From: the human T2T-CHM13v2.0 reference genome, Homo sapiens
Strand: one strand, 5' to 3'
NCBI RefSeq assembly: GCF_009914755.1
Contig: NC_060925.1
DNA: 64,000 nt
The position numbers and the translations under genes are program-made. The notes under the pieces are model-generated. The model did no database searches. It had not been told where the DNA came from and saw nothing but the letters and a program-made list of their open reading frames with translations. Of the stretch, positions 27,331-41,410 are shown in pieces; position 1 is the stretch's first letter, and each line of letters opens with the position of its first letter.

Positions 27331-28320
27331 AAGACCATTAAAGCCAAAGCAGCACATGTGGCAGATGCTTTGCAAATACAGTGTTCTCAAACCAGAGTTT
27401 ATTAAAGCCCATTGTCTTCCTTTGGCATCAATTGCTAGTATACTTCACTAATGTGAAGCTCCTTGCAGAAGAACTTCACAAATTCTTGATACAACTCAAT
27501 TCCCTGTCTCTGCCATCTGGGTATAGGTTGACAGAGAAGTAAAAAAGGCAAGCTAATCAGATAGAGCCATTAAGATCCCCACCGGGCATGATCACAAATG
27601 AAATGATTTCACCTCTGCTGCCTTCTTGGCTAATTGACTGGTACTTTTTAAAGTCATCCTAATTCAAATTCAGTTCCTGAGCCCTCATTTCTTAAGTTGT
27701 TCTAATTTGTACCAAAATGAGCCAAAAGAGGTTTCATCAAAGTTCAATTTTCAGACTCAAAGAGGATGAGCCTTAACAAAGAGATAGTTTAAGTAAGCCT
27801 TAACTACTCTCAACCAATCAAAGAAAGAAGAGTGAAACTTTGGGCAATTTTAAAATAAATATATTTTGGAGAGTATAATATCTTATTGCCTGTTGAAGAT
27901 TTTTGCTCTCATAAATAAATCAGATGCATCTGGGAGCATCAATCTGAATACAGTCCTTATGGTTAGCAGATTAAAAATTTCCCCTTTCAATCTTCTTAAC
28001 CCAATATAATTTAAAAGAAGCTATGAAAATATAGATAAAACAAAAGAAATTCTCAGTATTTCAAATCTCAAATTCTAAAAATGCACAAACTCAGTTTTCT
28101 TTTTACCAGAAGTAAAAAGTCCTGGGTTCTCTTCTCAGCTCCAAACGTTGTTTCCACATCAAATTGTTTATTCAAAAACAATGATTTAGTGTCAACTCTG
28201 TGCTGTTCAGTGTTTCAGACCCTAGGGATACAGTGGTAAGAAAAATTGCACACTGCATTATGCATCTTAGTTTGTAGTTATAAGAGAGAGAAGTTTTTTT
28301 TAAGTAATCATGTAAATACA

Positions 28321-28548
28321 CAGGCATCCCTGAGAATTGATTCCAGCACCCTGGCATATACCAAAATCTGTGGACACTCAAGTTCCATAGTCAGCCTTGC
28401 AGAACCACGTAAATAAGAAAAGTCAGCCCTCCAAATATGAAATTTCATATCTCACGAATTATCTATTTTCATTCCAAATTTGGCTGAAAAAAATCTGTAT
28501 ATAAGTGAACACAGGCAGTTCAAGCCCATGTTGTTTAAGCATCAACTG
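28321..28548 (+). mobile_element. MER8 (Tigger-family MITE) inserted in an L2 relic
   Basis: ATTGATTCCAGCACCC...TATACCAAAATC...CAGTTCAAGCCCATGTTGTTTAAGCATCAACTG followed by TA. Confidence 0.82.
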
Positions 28549-28817
28549 TATATAATTTCACACAGTGGTTAATTATATATTTTAAAAATAACTCTGTAAA
28601 GAAATAAAATGTGAAGTGGTATAGGGAAATATGTGAAACCAGGAATTCTACTTAATATATGGTGATTAAGGAATCCCTTTGTGTAGCTAACATTTGAGCT
28701 GAGCCTTGATAGGATGATTACTCACATTCTACAAACCTCACACTTCTTCGCTAAAAAATGAAAATAATATAATATATATACCACGTAAGGTTGTTAAAGG
28801 TATTAAGATCTTGCATT

Positions 28818-29118
28818 GGCCAGGCGCGGTGGCTCACGCCTGTAATCCCAGCACTTTGGGAGGCAGAGGCAGGCGGATCACGAAGTCAGGAGATTGAGAC
28901 CATCCTGGCTAACACGGTGAAACCCTGTCTCTACTAAAAATACAAAAAAAAAAAAAAAATTAGCCAAGTGTGGTGGCGGGTGCCTGTAGTCCCAGCTACT
29001 CAGAAGGCTGAAGCAGGAGAATGGCGTGAACTCGGGAGGCAGAGCTTGCAGTGAGCAGAGATCATGCCACTGCACTCCAGCCTGGGCAACAGAGCGAGAC
29101 TCTGTCTCAAAAAAAAAA
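28818..29118 (+). mobile_element. AluY, full length, inserted in a MIR
   Basis: CATCCTGGCTAACACGGTG, GAATGGCGTGAAC, GAGCTTGCAG. TSD AAGATCTTGCATT (28805-28817 / 29117-29129). Confidence 0.95.
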
Positions 29119-29639
29119 GATCTTGCATTGGAGGTTCTTACCAATCAAATGATATTGTATTTTAAATACTCAATGAATGATATTAATGTTATTGTGTTAG
29201 CTATTACAGTGATGACAAGATTGGCTATATTTGAATAATCAAACAAGTAGCAAATGTTCTGCAGTGTGGATGAAATCAGGTGGCATCATTGTTGAAAATA
29301 TGTAGTTAATTAAGAAACTAACTAGGTAGAGTGATTACAACATAGCAATAAAACTAAAAATATCAAAGCCATATTATGGCCTATCACAGTTCTATTACCA
29401 CTCATTATCATATTAGATCAAAAATAATTCATCTTATTTATGTAATACCTTTTATCTGTGCATTTTAGCATGCCTGGATCATATCCGATTGAGTTAGGGA
29501 AGTCATTCCTATTGATGTTTGGTAGTAATAAGTTTTGACAGTTATAATACCACAAAGTTGAATCAATTTTACAGGTGAGCTTGAGTCTTGTATATTATAC
29601 AGGACATGATTTTCCATCCCTGTAGAACTTCAAAAGCGG

Positions 29640-29832
29640 CAAGATGGTGTAGAATGTACATTTGTTTGAGAATCACAGATCCAGGTAACAATTATTCACT
29701 TGTCACTCACTAGTTGTACCTAACATCCTGAGACTTAGTTTCCTATGTGTAAAACAGAAGACAGTAACTCCTAATCACAGGTTACTTTTGATGTTTAAGT
29801 GATATACAAAAAATCAACTAGCACAATGTTGG
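29640..29832 (+). mobile_element. MIR
   Basis: TGTCACTCACTAGTTGT...TGAGACTTAGTTTCCTATGTGTAAAACAG. Confidence 0.6.
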
Positions 29833-30650
29833 TGAGAGTCATGAGAGAGCAAATATAGTCCCTCTCTCATAGAATTTACTCTCATGAGGAAAAGAGACAC
29901 AAATAAATATGATTAGGATTGGGCAAAATACTATTAAAAATAAAACAATAAAAAAATATGAAATAGCATGAAAATATCGTGAAGAATATTAAGGGCTATT
30001 TTTTGTAGTTGTTCCCGTTTGGAAATAAACTTGAAGGGAGTGGAGATCATATTTTCTTCAGTTGCTTGGTAGAGAGACTAATACAACAAAAATGTCACAC
30101 TTAAAAAATTTATTTGATAAAGGTGATTGATTATTGCAATTTCGAAGTAAAAGTAGGTGAGGTACTCTGGTTAATGCTACAGGAAAATAACAAGCTAAAT
30201 AACAGACAGTGTCTCATACATCAATGAGTCTGAAATCCAGAGTGGTGTGAAAAGGTAGGAATACCTTTGGGCGTAGGAAAATAGTCCTCCTTTGTCTGGA
30301 AAGATCATCTTCTGAAACAGCTCCTGGAGGAAAGAACAAAGACAAGGAGATGCAAAGGAGAAAGAAAACCTGTCTTGCCAGCAAATCACCCCAATTAGCT
30401 CCATCAACCAAAAAGTTGATTATCTTTGTCAGAACCACATCCTTCCCAGTGGCCATGAAAACAATGCAGAATGCTACAACTGACATAAAAGAGAAACAAA
30501 TCAGTTGGCTCTGTCCCATATGAGATAAAATAAACAAACAAAAAGAAATCTCTGGTGATCCTCCAGATTTGGGGATTCCAGAAGTTTGTTTCCATTGAAA
30601 ATAACTTTGAAAGTACTCCAATTTAACTGATAAATTTAGACAAAATAAAT

Positions 30651-31010
30651 TGTAAAAAGAATAATTAATTGCGAGGCCATTAAGCTGAGTGACTTTTCCT
30701 GCCTAAGCAAATTGAATTATCATAACCTTAGAAAAACAGAATATTAACCAATCAGAAACTACCAACTAAATTCTAACTAGAAACTTTGCCAGTCAGAAAC
30801 TATTAAGTTACCTCTAACTATGGACTCTCCACTTGAACCAATAATTATTTTCTCTGTCTTGCTTCTGGGAATACCTTATAAAAGTTTTCCACTTGTGCCT
30901 CTTCATGGAGCCCTGAACTGCTAGTGGTCTGGTGCTCCCCAATTCATGAGAGGCCGTTTGCTCAAATAAACACTTCAAAATTTTGATGTACCTAAGTTCT
31001 CCTTTTAAAA
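30651..31010 (+). mobile_element. ERV1 solo LTR, MER93-like
   Basis: AATAATTAATTGCGAGGCCATTAAGCTGAG near the start. CCAAT boxes, TATAAAAG at about 30877, GCTCAAATAAAC poly(A) region. Confidence 0.68.
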
Positions 31011-32859
31011 AATTAACTTTATAATTGCCAAGTAAGTCTTAGGAGGGAAGTTCTCTACTGTTAGTTACTTCACCTTGTCATTTTTTCCTTGGATATCCAC
31101 TCATTTAAAGAACAAAAGTTGTGAGCCACCCAAGCCAAAAGAAAGATACTGGTCTCTTTCGTGTAAGACAAATACAAACATTTGGCTTATGTTGCTTCAG
31201 AAAATGTGTGCCAAAGAGTAAAAGAGGCCATAGGGCTCCAGCACACTGTATATTTTTCTTACACAGAATAGAAACTTAAAGATCATTATTGAATACTTGT
31301 CCCTATTTTACAAGACTATTTGTTAAAAGGGCATGTTTACATACTCTCTGGCAGCTCATTAATTATCCTGCCACTTCAGTTGTGGAATGTGGAAACCAAA
31401 AAAAAAAAGAAAAGAAAAGAAAAGAATCTAGAAATGGGAATTTCATTTTTTTCCCTTTAAACAGTACAATTTTTATATATACATGTGCAGTGTATTTCCT
31501 TCAAGCAGATTTACTAGCTTCTGCCACTCACTTAACTTCTCTTGTTTCTTAGGAAAATGCAAACTCCTTGTCTTACTGAGAGCAGTAGGCTCCTTGCAAC
31601 AGAGAGTATTAAAAAATTTGGCAAATACAAACCCCAGAAAGAGAAAAACAATTAATGAATATGCCAAATGCTTCATCAGCACTCCATTCTTATTCTTAAG
31701 ATAAACAGCTATGAAAAAGTACTAATCCATTGTATTATTTTAATAAAATGTAGAATTGGGCAGATATGTGAAACAGGAGTTCTGAAATTCTTTTGAATAA
31801 TAATTCTATTCAAATATTAAATGTCATATTTGTTGAGGATGAATGAGATAGGGAGCAGTGGAGTGACTTAGTCAAGTTCACACATTAAGTCAAGGGCAGA
31901 GAAATCAGATATGCTGATTACCAGTAGCATGCCCTGTTCCCATGAATGTGCTGAGTGCAGTTATGGACTCTTTACCAGACACATCAATTTAAGGGAAAAC
32001 ACTGAAGCTGCTAGCAATAATAATAACAACATTTTCTTTTAAAGGCTAAAGGAAAGCACCCAGCCACAGAAAATTGCTCTTTGAATCTTAAAGGTACTTA
32101 ACGTATATAAATATGTTAAAGAACATAAGGTGGGTGGGATAACATCAGCAGTATCTGCCACTCCACTTCCAGTTTGTAGCATAGAGGAGAGAGGCCTTCT
32201 ATTGTCATCTTTGTGCTCCCCTACCACATCTATTGGCAGAGGAATGCTGTCAACCCAGCATGTCTCTGGATATCATGAATACCAGAGTCAGTTACATTTT
32301 GACAATGGTGGGTGACTACCCTTGAACTTTAAAGATATCTAGAGATATCTTTTTCTTCAAGAAACTTGAAGATGTTTCTGAAATAAATATTTAGGCTCTA
32401 AATTATAGATTGCAAAGGCTATAAAATCATAGCAAAAGTATCAAAAGAATCAGCTTCCCTCCAGATCACAGCATGATGAGATTTGAAAACACGATATTTC
32501 AAAGGAGCCATGTTCTCTGGTTTGATGTAACTTATATGAAGTGCTAGCAGCCCCATATTTTTAACCACACCAATAAAAGTATAGCGTTATTAATTATTAT
32601 AATAGGCTAATAATTTGGAAGAACGGAAAAATAATGTCTACTATTTTTCCATTTCTAGGCCTTTCTTGTTAAGAGGATTTTTCCTGTTAAATACAGATTT
32701 AAGTGTCTTAGAAAGCTGCAGTTGGAAATGTGGAAGATCTTTGTTGTGGAGGCAGTGCAACACAGTGGTTGAGGGCCAGCTTTGTAGGCAGTCAACCTGA
32801 GTTGTACTCTCAACTTCACTGATTACTAGCTCTGTATGATGTCATAATTACTTATTCTC

Positions 32860-33460
32860 TGTGTCGGATGTAACTTATTTGCTTGGTACTCATAGTACCA
32901 CCTTCTAGTATGCCTTTCTTTATAGAGTTTATAAGGCTGAGAACTATAATACATTTCACAGATGTTCTTGCAGTCAGCCTTCTGGAGGCAAATTAGGTTC
33001 ACCAATTAGGTGCACTTAGTCAAGTGCTTGAAAGGTGGAGGGGAGATTATGTAGACCACATTCTCATCGCACTTAGCTTTTTTTCTGGCTAAAAATACCA
33101 TCGAAATGAGGGCTTTTTCTGCAGCAGTGCATTAGTGTCTAGCTTTGTAAATATCGAGAGAGAATTGTGATGTTTTCAAGAGCTCCCTGATCTTGTATTC
33201 CAGTTCTAAACTGTGCAGCTCCAGCTGTATGTTCTCAGATTGAGTAACTCAGCAGGGACCTCCTGATCCTCCACCTTTTTCACTGTAGATTAGGTCTGCC
33301 TGTTATCTTCTTTGGGTGGTGTTCCTAGGCTCCCCACCGAGAGTCCACTCCTTCCACTCTTCAGTGATTTTTTGGAAGTACCTTAGTCTATGTGTTAAAT
33401 CCATTTCTGCATAAACTGCCTGGAATAGTTTGTTTCTTGGACTAAAACCTGACTGTTAAA
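32860..33460 (+). mobile_element. Old ERVL LTR (LTR50/LTR33/LTR41 group) interrupting a MIR (about 32750-32860 and 33475-33620)
   Basis: TACATTTCACAGATGTTCTTGCAG...AATTAGGTTCACCAATTAGGTGCAC; 3' end TTAAATCCATTTCTGCATAAACT...CCTGACTG. MIR halves lie on both sides. Confidence 0.62.
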
Positions 33461-33734
33461 GTTCTCCTTCAGCAGGAGCTTCCTCATTTGTAAACTGGTG
33501 CAAATTGGGTGCTTGTTAAAGTAAGGGTATTGTGAAAATTCATTCAGATGGCTGTGTGAAACGTTGGACCCAATACCAGTCATACAGTAAGCAACCAGTA
33601 TACATTAGGTATTATTATTTTAGATGTCAATTTAATGCTGCACTGCCCACTGATGTAGTCTTTCTAAATTTTGCGCACTTATTCAGTAACAGTAATAGGA
33701 ACAATTAAGAAAGAGAAATTGAATAGGAACAATT

Positions 33735-33830
33735 GAGATAGTTATACGTATTTTTAGGGTTCATGTGATATTCTGATACATAATGATGAAATCAGGGTAA
33801 CTGGGACATCCATCACTTCAAACATTTACC
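33735..33830 (-). mobile_element. L1MA 3' end fragment
   Basis: TAATGATGAAATCAGGGTAACTGGGACATCCATCACTTCAAACATTTA. Confidence 0.6.
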
Positions 33831-36296
33831 TGTAAGATCTCTTGACTGTATGAATAACAAGGTTATAAAACAGGCATATTCCATAAAGATAGATATGGGT
33901 AAGATAATTATCTGGAAAGAGAGGCTTCAAGACAAAAGAGGAAATCTGTCTCTGGCCAGCAAAGAAAATAATAGTAGGATGATATAGGAATAAGGAAGCA
34001 ACTGAGAGTGAACGGGATGGAGAAATCTTTTAGGCCAACTCTGTCACATTAAAACAATTAACTGTGGAAATTTAATAGAAATGAGCTCGTACTGGTTTTA
34101 CAAACCAGAATGTAAAACTTTTAACACTAGATAGCCAAATGTCGTTGGGTAAAGCATTTCTTTTTCTGTCTCCAGTACCTGAAATGCCTGCTGCCTTCTT
34201 CACTGCCCCTTAACCAAGAATCATTTTATTGATATTTTATCTCTGACATAAAAGAAATGCAGTATATTCAGGGGTTTAATTTTAAAAGCTATCGGAAGTA
34301 AGGATTATAAGAGTATTTATAACACAGTCCTTAATCATTTTGCCATCTTTTAGATATGCTTTAAATTAGGCAGTTGCTCCCCCACCTTTGTTAGGTTAAG
34401 TCAATCAATTCTGTCTGTAAGTGTAAGTAGTCTCTCTTATGCAAATTGGAGGTCACATCATAGGAGATAAAATTAAAAGAGGCTCTACAAAGAGACTTTA
34501 ATGAAAGCTATTGATCTGCTCATTACTTGGCCTTCAGTTTTTAGACGTCATTAGCAGGAAAGAACTTAACTGAAAAGCCTCATTAATACAGGGAAGGTGT
34601 GCTAGCATGAGAAATGTATGAAGGTAAAAACAGATATCAGAACTCTTCAGACAGGTGTAAAGTAGTCCCTGTGCAAAGAAAAGAGCAGAGAAAATGCCTT
34701 TCTAAAGGCAGCTTTCCTTTTGCCTCATGGTTGTCCCAGCAAAATAATTATGATTATTAATTATAATAAAATAAAATATATCTTTAATTATAAATTAGTA
34801 TACAAATACAACTTTTCAATAGAAATCCATTTTTTCCTGTAACTGTTTATGCACTTCTGAAATCTTAAAAGTTATAAAACTAATATATAGAATCTATAAC
34901 CCCATTGGAAGCAGAGCCCAGATTCCCTGATGCACCATTCATGTGAGTTTGCTATCATATTACACTTCTTCCCCCATACTTTGTTATTTGCAATTCGTAT
35001 AATTTATGCCCTAAAGTGATTTATTTTTTTCTGAGTTATCTGGTAAGACTAAACACACAATTTAATTTAAGTGTTTCATTCTCAGCTTTACCTTTTGTTA
35101 TATACTGGGTAACACTTGTGTCAGAGAGATTCACAAATCTTTATATAAATGTCTTTTCTCAACATTTCAATTAATTGTCCATGGGGTAAATCTAGTTTTA
35201 GAGAAATTCATAAATCTTTATATGAATGTGACAGTCATCATGGAAACTAGGTTTTGAGAAACATAATTTACAAAGTTTAAATGAGAGTCCTCATCTTTAC
35301 TCTCTTAATAGACTGTGACAATGTGAGACAGTTTTTAGTAAAAAGTCACAAAAATAACAAAGAGGGAAATCCCGAGAAAAGTGAGGAGATGGAGAGTATT
35401 ATTTTTATTTTTTATAAAGTCAAAATATGCCTTTGTTTTAGGAAAGATAAATTAGAATTTCAATGGGATGGAAACACACATTATTGGCATCTGAGCAAGC
35501 CACACCAAACTCATTAGGAAACGTCCTCAAGAAATTTTGGCTCTTCTCCTGATCTTGTCAAAAATTCTATAACAGACATCTGGCTAAATCACTTCACCTC
35601 TCAGAGCTTTGGTGTTTCTTGCTAGTCAAATGAAAAGATGGCTCTGTGGTTCAAGCTGGATTCTGCAGTTCCCTGGGCTCGGCTTCCTCTTGAAGGTCCA
35701 TGAGGATAAGGGGAAATCTATATGAGTGGGACTTCAAGAAAAATAGAGCAGGTGTGCTTTTGTCTCTTTCATACATTTCACTTGTGATTTTGTTTAAAAA
35801 TAGGAGTTCACTCCTTAAAAAAAGAAGTCATCCCTATCATTTGAGTATATTCCCAGATCTGCAATTCTAAGATTCTAAATGGCTGATTTACTTGTCAGAT
35901 CTCACTTTTAGTAGTTGGAGTAAGCCATGTCAGAGGAAATTTGCCTTAGAAGTGGAAATAAAGGAATGCGGCCAGTGGAAAATATAGGGTAAGATTTTCT
36001 TTCCCGTGAGAAAATATATTAGTTAGGCCTCACATTGCACCCTGCTGTCTTGAGTTCACCCTAGTGTGGGTATAAATTCTGTTAGAATCAGCCGATAGTA
36101 GGCGGTGGCCAAGTCTTCAGCATGCGGTTACACTCACTGAGTTAACACATGTTTCCTGAGCTCTTACCAGGAGTTCTTTTGATTCTAGGCCCCAGAAATA
36201 AAGAGATTTATAGTCCTGCTCATTGACCTCTGAGACTTACAGTGCTATGACAGAAGCAGACATTACACAAATCTACACCCAATAAAAATGTTCACT

Positions 36297-37272
36297 CTTT
36301 TAAAAAGTTTTTTATTCTGAAATAATTTTAGATTTTCAAAAAAGATGAGGAGACAGTACAGAGAGTTCCCAACAGTCTTCACCCAGTTTCCCCTAATGTT
36401 GACCTCTTACATAACCATGGGATATTCATCAAAACTAAGACACTAACGCTAGTAAATACCACTAACTAGAGACTGTATTTGGATTTTTCCAGTTTTTCCA
36501 CTAATGTCCTTTCTTTGAAATCCAATCTAGGGTACCACATTGCGTTTAATTGTCATGCCTCCTTAGGCTCCTTCCATCTGTTTCTCAGTTTTCCCTAACT
36601 TTTTATGACTTTGATACATTGGGAAAAGAACTAGTAAGGTGTTTTGTAGAATGTTTCCCAGTTTGGGTTTGTCTGATGTTTTTCTCATGATTAGAGTGAG
36701 GTTATGGGTTTTGAGGAAAAGTACCACATAGGTGAAGTGCTATTTCATGTTATCACATTAGGAGTACATGCTAGCAACATGACTTATCACTGGAGCTGTT
36801 AACTTTAAGTTATTATTTTAACTTTTTCGTATACTATTTTTTTTAATGGAGTCTTGCTCTGTCACCCAGGCTGGAGTGCAATGGCGTGATCTTGGCTCAG
36901 TACAACCTCTGCCTTCTGGGTTCAAGTGATTCTCATGCCTCAGCCTCCTGAGTAGCTGTGGCCACAAGCTCATGTCACCTCGCCCAGATATTTTTTGTAT
37001 TTTTAGTAGAGATGGGGTTTCACCATGTTGGCTAGATTGGTCTCAAACTCCTGACCTCAGGTGATCCACTTTCCTAGGCTTCCCAAAGTGCTGGGATTAC
37101 AGGCATGAGCCACAGCACCCAGCCTTTCATACACTATTTATTAGGAAGGAATCGCTGAGTCCAGCCCACACTTAAAGGGAGGAAAATTTAGCTTCTCTCT
37201 CTGGAGGGAGGACTGTCTAAGCTTATTATTTAGAATTGCTGTCTAAGAAAGAGTTGTCTCTTCATCCCATTT
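36297..37272 (-). mobile_element. L1MC-type 3' end inserted into an L2 relic
   Basis: TTTTATTCTGAAATAATTTTAGA...CAGTACAGAGAGTTCCC...CTTACATAACCATGG. Flanking CCAATAAAAA repeat at 36279 and 37273. Confidence 0.78.
36840..37124 (-). mobile_element. AluSx-like nested in L1MC
   Basis: CTCAAACTCCTGACCTCAGGTGATCCAC. TSD TTTCGTATACTATTT / TTTCATACACTATTT. Confidence 0.93.
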
Positions 37273-39658
37273 CCAATAAAAAGTTTTACAAATTATGATA
37301 AGAGCTATGTAGGAAAATAAAAGAGAGATGTAGGAGAGAATAACAGGAGAGATCTATTTGGAAGCTCTATAAACAAGATATCAGCCTTCAGATGTCCTAG
37401 ACTGATACCTGTAAGGACATTAGAGAAGCAAAAGAGAAAACGACAGGAGAAAAATGTACCCTTACTCATGTCCTTTCCTCCCCCATCACCTACAACAGGG
37501 ATAACTTACAGATATTCAGAATTAGTGGTGCGGGGAGACAGCATCATAAAAAAACAAGGCAAAACCAAAAAATGCTACATTTTTTTTCCTAAGGCATAAA
37601 CAGAACTTGTATCGGGCAATGATGGCTACTGTTGAAACAGTATCCTGAAGCAATTCTTGAAGAAGCAGCTAACTTGAGCAAAAGAAAAGAAAAAGATCAC
37701 AAGTTAATTTTGCGTCTGGGATGTACTAGAAAGATTACTTTCTCTTTTTCATACTTGTTAAACCCAGTTTGTGTACAAAAGATAGGAATTATAATACACA
37801 GTATCACAGGATCTGAGATTGATATATTTGAGGTGTACAAATGAGAAGGGTAATTGAGGTAAGGATATGGAGGACATAGGATGGAGTTGGCATTGCAGAG
37901 CCAGCTGGAGTGAAAGGAGTCAGAATGAGTTCACATCCTAGTTTAAACCCACGTAGGCCTGGCTTATTGGACTAATGAGAAACTGGCAGATATAGATGTC
38001 TGACTTCAGAATTTTTTCTCAATGGAATGTGAAACCACAATCCCCTTGTGGGTTTGCAAAATTATACAGAGATAAAATACAAAATGTTGAGAAAACAAAT
38101 ATTTTAAATAAAAACTTAAGATAACCAAATTATGAGACCAAAGAGGAAACAGATTGGTTAGTTAATTGGTACTCTACTTCCAGCAGGAGAGAAGATAAAA
38201 TAAGCAGACAGAAGTGCTATCTAAGCTTCCCTGCCCTTGTTTTATGTGCTTTAACTTTCTTTCCACAGCTCTCAATCCTGTGCCCTATTTCAGAGCCTTT
38301 TTTTTCCTACTCATCTTGTGAACCTCAGGACACTGAGGAAATTTGATGTTCAGACATTTTATTTTTAGGATATCACATTATGTAATATCTTAGGCTGGTG
38401 TCATTCATCCCAAAAACTGCTGTTTTGAACGAGAACTGAGACAAATGTGCCCAGTGTATATCAATCTTTTACATCCAACCTGTCTCAAAAACACCTATAA
38501 AAGCTCAGTAATCCCTTCTGAAAACATTTTTCTTCTTTCCATTAACAAATATATATGTGACTCTAGGTTCATTTTCAAAGTCTAATGCCTGCATCTCTAT
38601 TTCTGGCAGTATTTCTCAGGTAATTAACATTCCTGGGAGCACAGTCAGGCACAATACTAAAAAAGAAAATTTTTACTTATTTGATTTTTCTGCTGTGTAA
38701 AGAATGTTACAACTCTACTTCATCCTTTGAAAAAATACACTCTTGTTCTCCCATCAAGGACATGCATAAAAGCAAAATATAGAAAAGGAAAAAAGAAAAA
38801 AAGTTACAAGGAATAATAAAAGATGTTGCATGTGTACTAAGGCTCCAAATATCTATAGGGCTCTGCCTGATAAAGGGCCCACAGTCACGTCTGCCCACCA
38901 CTCAATGTGATCTTTTCATCTCAAAAGAAGAAATTTTGTGGGGTGTCACTGACAATGAGACCAGTGTCAATTTAAAATTCCACATGGAAAACAATAGTGA
39001 GCTTCTGATCAACAATTGTTGTAAAGTCAAAACATCTTATACTTTTATGCTGAATTAGTAGAGTTGTTTGGATATGATATTTATTTAAAAGGCTTTTCAT
39101 CAACTCTATCAATCATTTCCTCAGTGCATCTTGGTAATGTAACTGGTGTGATGTTTAAACAGAAAACTGCAGCAGTAAAGTGGGACAGCAGTCCTAGAAT
39201 GCTGCTGAAATGCCCATGGATCAGCCAGCCTACTCATTAGCTTTATTGCTAACAAACAGGAAAACCATGCATATAATTACATGAATTGCAGAGCCAGCAA
39301 CACAAGTTGGCACCGGGAATTCGTTCTCTGCCACCATTGCTTCATCAGGATCAGACATTGCCTGTACGCTTTCAAAGGGGCAAAGGGTTGGAAACAAAAT
39401 AAGCAAGTGTTCTTTTTTCACTGTATATTATTTTTCACCCCTAAGCAAACCTCTCTCTAGCCATGGACGGCCCACCTACTTTTAGAAGTCAGTGCACACA
39501 ATGAGTCAGTGAATTTAGGCTTCTTGTAACTAGTGTTAATACAATATTACTAGTAATGTTACCAGTGATGTAAAAAATAATGACAATATTATAGAGAATA
39601 TGACTTAAGAACTGAGATTTAAAGAAGTTTGAGTTATTCAAATTTACAAGCCTATTAA

Positions 39659-39681
39659 TGTGTGTGTGTGTGTGTGCACGC

Positions 39682-39716
<35 letters not shown>
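39659..39716. repeat. (TG)n with a CACGCGCG core, within a MIR relic
   Basis: Uninterrupted pyrimidine-purine alternation over 58 bp. Confidence 0.95.
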
Positions 39717-39717
<1 letters not shown>

Positions 39718-40799
39718 GGAAGCTGGAGCCAGAACCTAGGTCTTCTTGCCTGTCTAGCATTTTCTACATGTTCTTGTTCATTGTCATCACTACAGTAGGA
39801 GATAAAACTTTTGAGGCTCATTCACTGAGAGCATGCCTCTAAGTGCCATGATCAAACATAAATACAGGACCAAATAGACTTACTACTTGGAACTGCTTTG
39901 AGAATTCTTATATTCTTATTCTATATGGTTCCTTTAGATATCAGCTTCATCGTTATTTTGCATTTCCATTATTTCTTCTATGAACTTAAATATGATAATA
40001 TGAATAATTCACCAGCATGGCTCCTGACACAAATCAGACATTCTCCATTCTCCAGATACATTCTTATTTCTCTCTCCTAATGTAGTAGAAGGGCCCCCAC
40101 CTTGGGACACAAAGGACTTTTACTGACAATGATTTTTAGTCATTCTAATTATTCCCTATAGTATGCAGTTTATACCAACTGCCCTACTTTTCCTAAAGAG
40201 TTGATATAAAAATTGAAGGAGAAAATGCATATGAAATTGTTTAATTTATGATTCATTGGCTGATTTTACTTCAAAGCTAAACAAAATTTTTATGAAGAAT
40301 TGTTGCTTGAAGCCATTGGGATTCCTTTTCTCTAGGAAACGAGACCTCTCACTATCCTTGATTTTCTTTGGCAAATCATGATATCTATTGATTGTAGAAA
40401 TTCTTTCCAACATGTCAAGTGCTTAGAGATTTATAAGCAAAGGGAAAAAAATCCCTGTAAGCTTCATCAATCTGGGGATATTCGCGAGATGAAATATTAC
40501 CATGTAAAATGAAAATAAATCACAGTTCCAAATACCCTTGTGGCTGGACACCTCCCAGTGACCCACCCCAGCTCATAGATGCAGCTGTGGCAAATAATAG
40601 CCAGGAGTGATGATCATTGTGCTTTCAGTCCATTACCACAAGCCTGATATACATAAAATACAGGTCAAAGCATTCTATTTAATGCCATATTTATCTTCGG
40701 AACATGAAGCATGAGAATGTTGTTATAGTACTAAAGAAACAGGAGTGATAAATGAATAGTTTCCTAAATGCTATTTAAATGACTACATACAACTTCTAG

Positions 40800-40920
40800 C
40801 TCCTCATTGAAGTATAAGTTCCACAAGAGAGAAGACCATGTTTGTTTTCTACTATCTCTCAGGACTTAGCAAAGTGCTTGTCTCATATCAGTCCTCAATG
40901 AAATACATGTAGATGACTTA
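40800..40920 (+). mobile_element. L2 3' end
   Basis: TATAAGTTCCACAAGAGAGAAGACCATG...CAGGACTTAGCAAAGTGCTTG. Confidence 0.6.
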
Positions 40921-41028
40921 ATTAATTAATTTTATTGAGATCTATATTGCTGCACTTATTTACTTACAACTGTTTTTCTTTGCTAAACCATCCCCCAGTG
41001 TGGGAAGAGACTATGTTGTATTCATCTT

Positions 41029-41410
<382 letters not shown>

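Noticed and set aside
33694-33734. AATAGGAACAATT repeated twice, 28 bp apart
   Set aside because: A minor slippage-type duplication beside an L1MA tail, with nothing to suggest function.
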